Assembly: GCA_030324005.1 (NCBI GenBank)
Contig: JARDVH010000001.1
Span: forward strand, 140,804,662-140,868,661
Reading direction: 5' to 3'
Length of the DNA: 64,000 nt
Source of the DNA: Negaprion brevirostris
Taxonomy: Eukaryota
Shown one piece after another: positions 62,891 to 64,000 of this stretch. The position numbers and the translations under genes were made by a program. Below the pieces are notes generated by a model. That model ran no database searches. It was not told where the DNA came from and saw only the letters and a list, made by a program, of their open reading frames with translations. The first letter of the stretch is position 1; each line of letters begins with the position of its first letter.

Positions 62891-63182
62891 AAAGTTTTAA
62901 AGTTTAAAGTTTATTTATTAGTGGCGCAAGTACATTAACACTGCAAAGAAGTTACTGTGAAAATCCCCTAGTCGCCACAGTCCAGCGGCTATTTGAGTAC
63001 ACTGAGGGAGGACTTAGTATGGCCAATGCATGTCATTTGGACTGTGGGAGGAAACCAGAGCAGCCGGAGGAAACCCATATAGATGTGGGGCGAACGTGCA
63101 GACTCTGCACGTACAGTGACCCAATCCTGGAATTGAACCTGGGTCCTTGGCACTGTGAGGCAACAGTACCGCTCTGTCCCAT
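62891..63182 (-). mobile_element. V-SINE with tail B and terminal (AAACTTT)n repeat
   Basis: Reverse complement reads gcctcacagtgccaaggacccaggttcaattcc...gggtttcctccggctgctctggtttcctcccacagtcc...gtggcgactaggggattttcacagtaacttctttgcagtgttaatgt...aataaataaactttaaactttaaaacttt. Confidence 0.88.
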
Positions 63183-64000
63183 GTCAGTTGTGTTTTCATC
63201 TCTCACTAATGCAGTGACCACGTGAAATATTTTGTCAATGATGCATCTTCTGATATAAAATGTACTCTGTGTGGCTTCAAGTGGCAACTTATTGTGGGGA
63301 ATCTACTCCAAGGTTCTTATTGTGCCATGTGAGTGCATTCCCTAATCTGCACAAACATCCCGCTATGCGACTCTCTAATTCCCGATTTAGCCAAACAAAA
63401 GTAATGATGATGCAAAGTGGTGGTGACATGTTGTCCACAGCACCACTCAACAGGGGTTGGTATATTTTTCACAGAATGCAGAATTTCCTAAGCTTCTTTG
63501 TGCTGTTCGGGGCAATTTAATAAATTAATCTGCTCAGTGAAATTTTCCTGCCTCTGTAAATAATGCCTCATGCAAGAGATTCACAGTCGGTAGATGGAAG
63601 CAGGGTTCATTTGCACATTGTTTTGTATAATTTCCCATGTCTCCCTTTGATATGGTGTTGCATTTTTCCTTTGAAGAAATTAATTTGGCTGAACTTGAAA
63701 AAATTACTGGAGTACTTAGTTTGGGGGATATTGAAGCAAGTGACTGTGCAACCTACGAATGGACTGAAAATGAGCCCTGCGTCCAACACAATTAACAATT
63801 ACTTTGTGAGCTCTTTGTGTTTTTCATTATCTGTTATATATTAAAATCGCTTGTGGGGTGGGATGGGGTATGTGATATTCCATTTCAGAATGTTTCAATG
63901 AGAAAATGTATTGCAAGTGTCGCCTGCAATATTTGCTTCACCTGTAGATGGCAATAACCTATTTCCTTTGTAAAACTGTCATTGTGACATCAGGTGGCCT

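Noticed and set aside
15917-63182. tRNA genes at the SINE heads (15917, 16491, 18811, 25157, 27325, 49653, 55522, ~63100-63182)
   Set aside because: They have A/B boxes but no complete cloverleaf, and each continues into a SINE body and tail.
1-64000. Prokaryotic-type systems (operons, CRISPR arrays, defence islands)
   Set aside because: The DNA is a spliced vertebrate gene with SINE/LINE-rich introns. There are no regularly spaced direct repeats with unique spacers and no dense ORF packing.

Overview
This is eukaryotic DNA from a cartilaginous fish, almost certainly a shark judging by its SINE/LINE families. It comes from a gappy assembly with about 18 N-runs. The window is an internal part of the giant atypical cadherin gene FAT4 on the + strand. 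Five coding exons (1120-1381, 7015-7365, 16844-17763, 18592-18766, 62521-62701) all have AG/GT boundaries and compatible phases, and they join into one open 1889-nt frame encoding about six cadherin (EC) repeats. The ORF track misses the last exon. The rest is intron, including one of at least ~43.8 kb as assembled. The introns are full of decayed mobile elements: several tRNA-derived SINE families, CR1, L2, Rex1/Babar and Penelope-like fragments, short inverted-repeat (MITE-like) elements, and a fossil two-gene PIF/Harbinger transposon (DDE transposase plus a convergent Myb/SANT-like ORF). I found no convincing new multi-gene system. The most interesting signals are: (i) one V-SINE head and body carrying two different LINE-type tails, with candidate partner LINEs in the same window; (ii) the Harbinger fossil and its probable MITE derivatives; (iii) an exon-to-SINE read-through frame followed by a poly(A) signal; (iv) a dense E-box cluster deep in the large intron. 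Repeat family names come from my recollection of consensus sequences, not database searches, and repeat boundaries are approximate.
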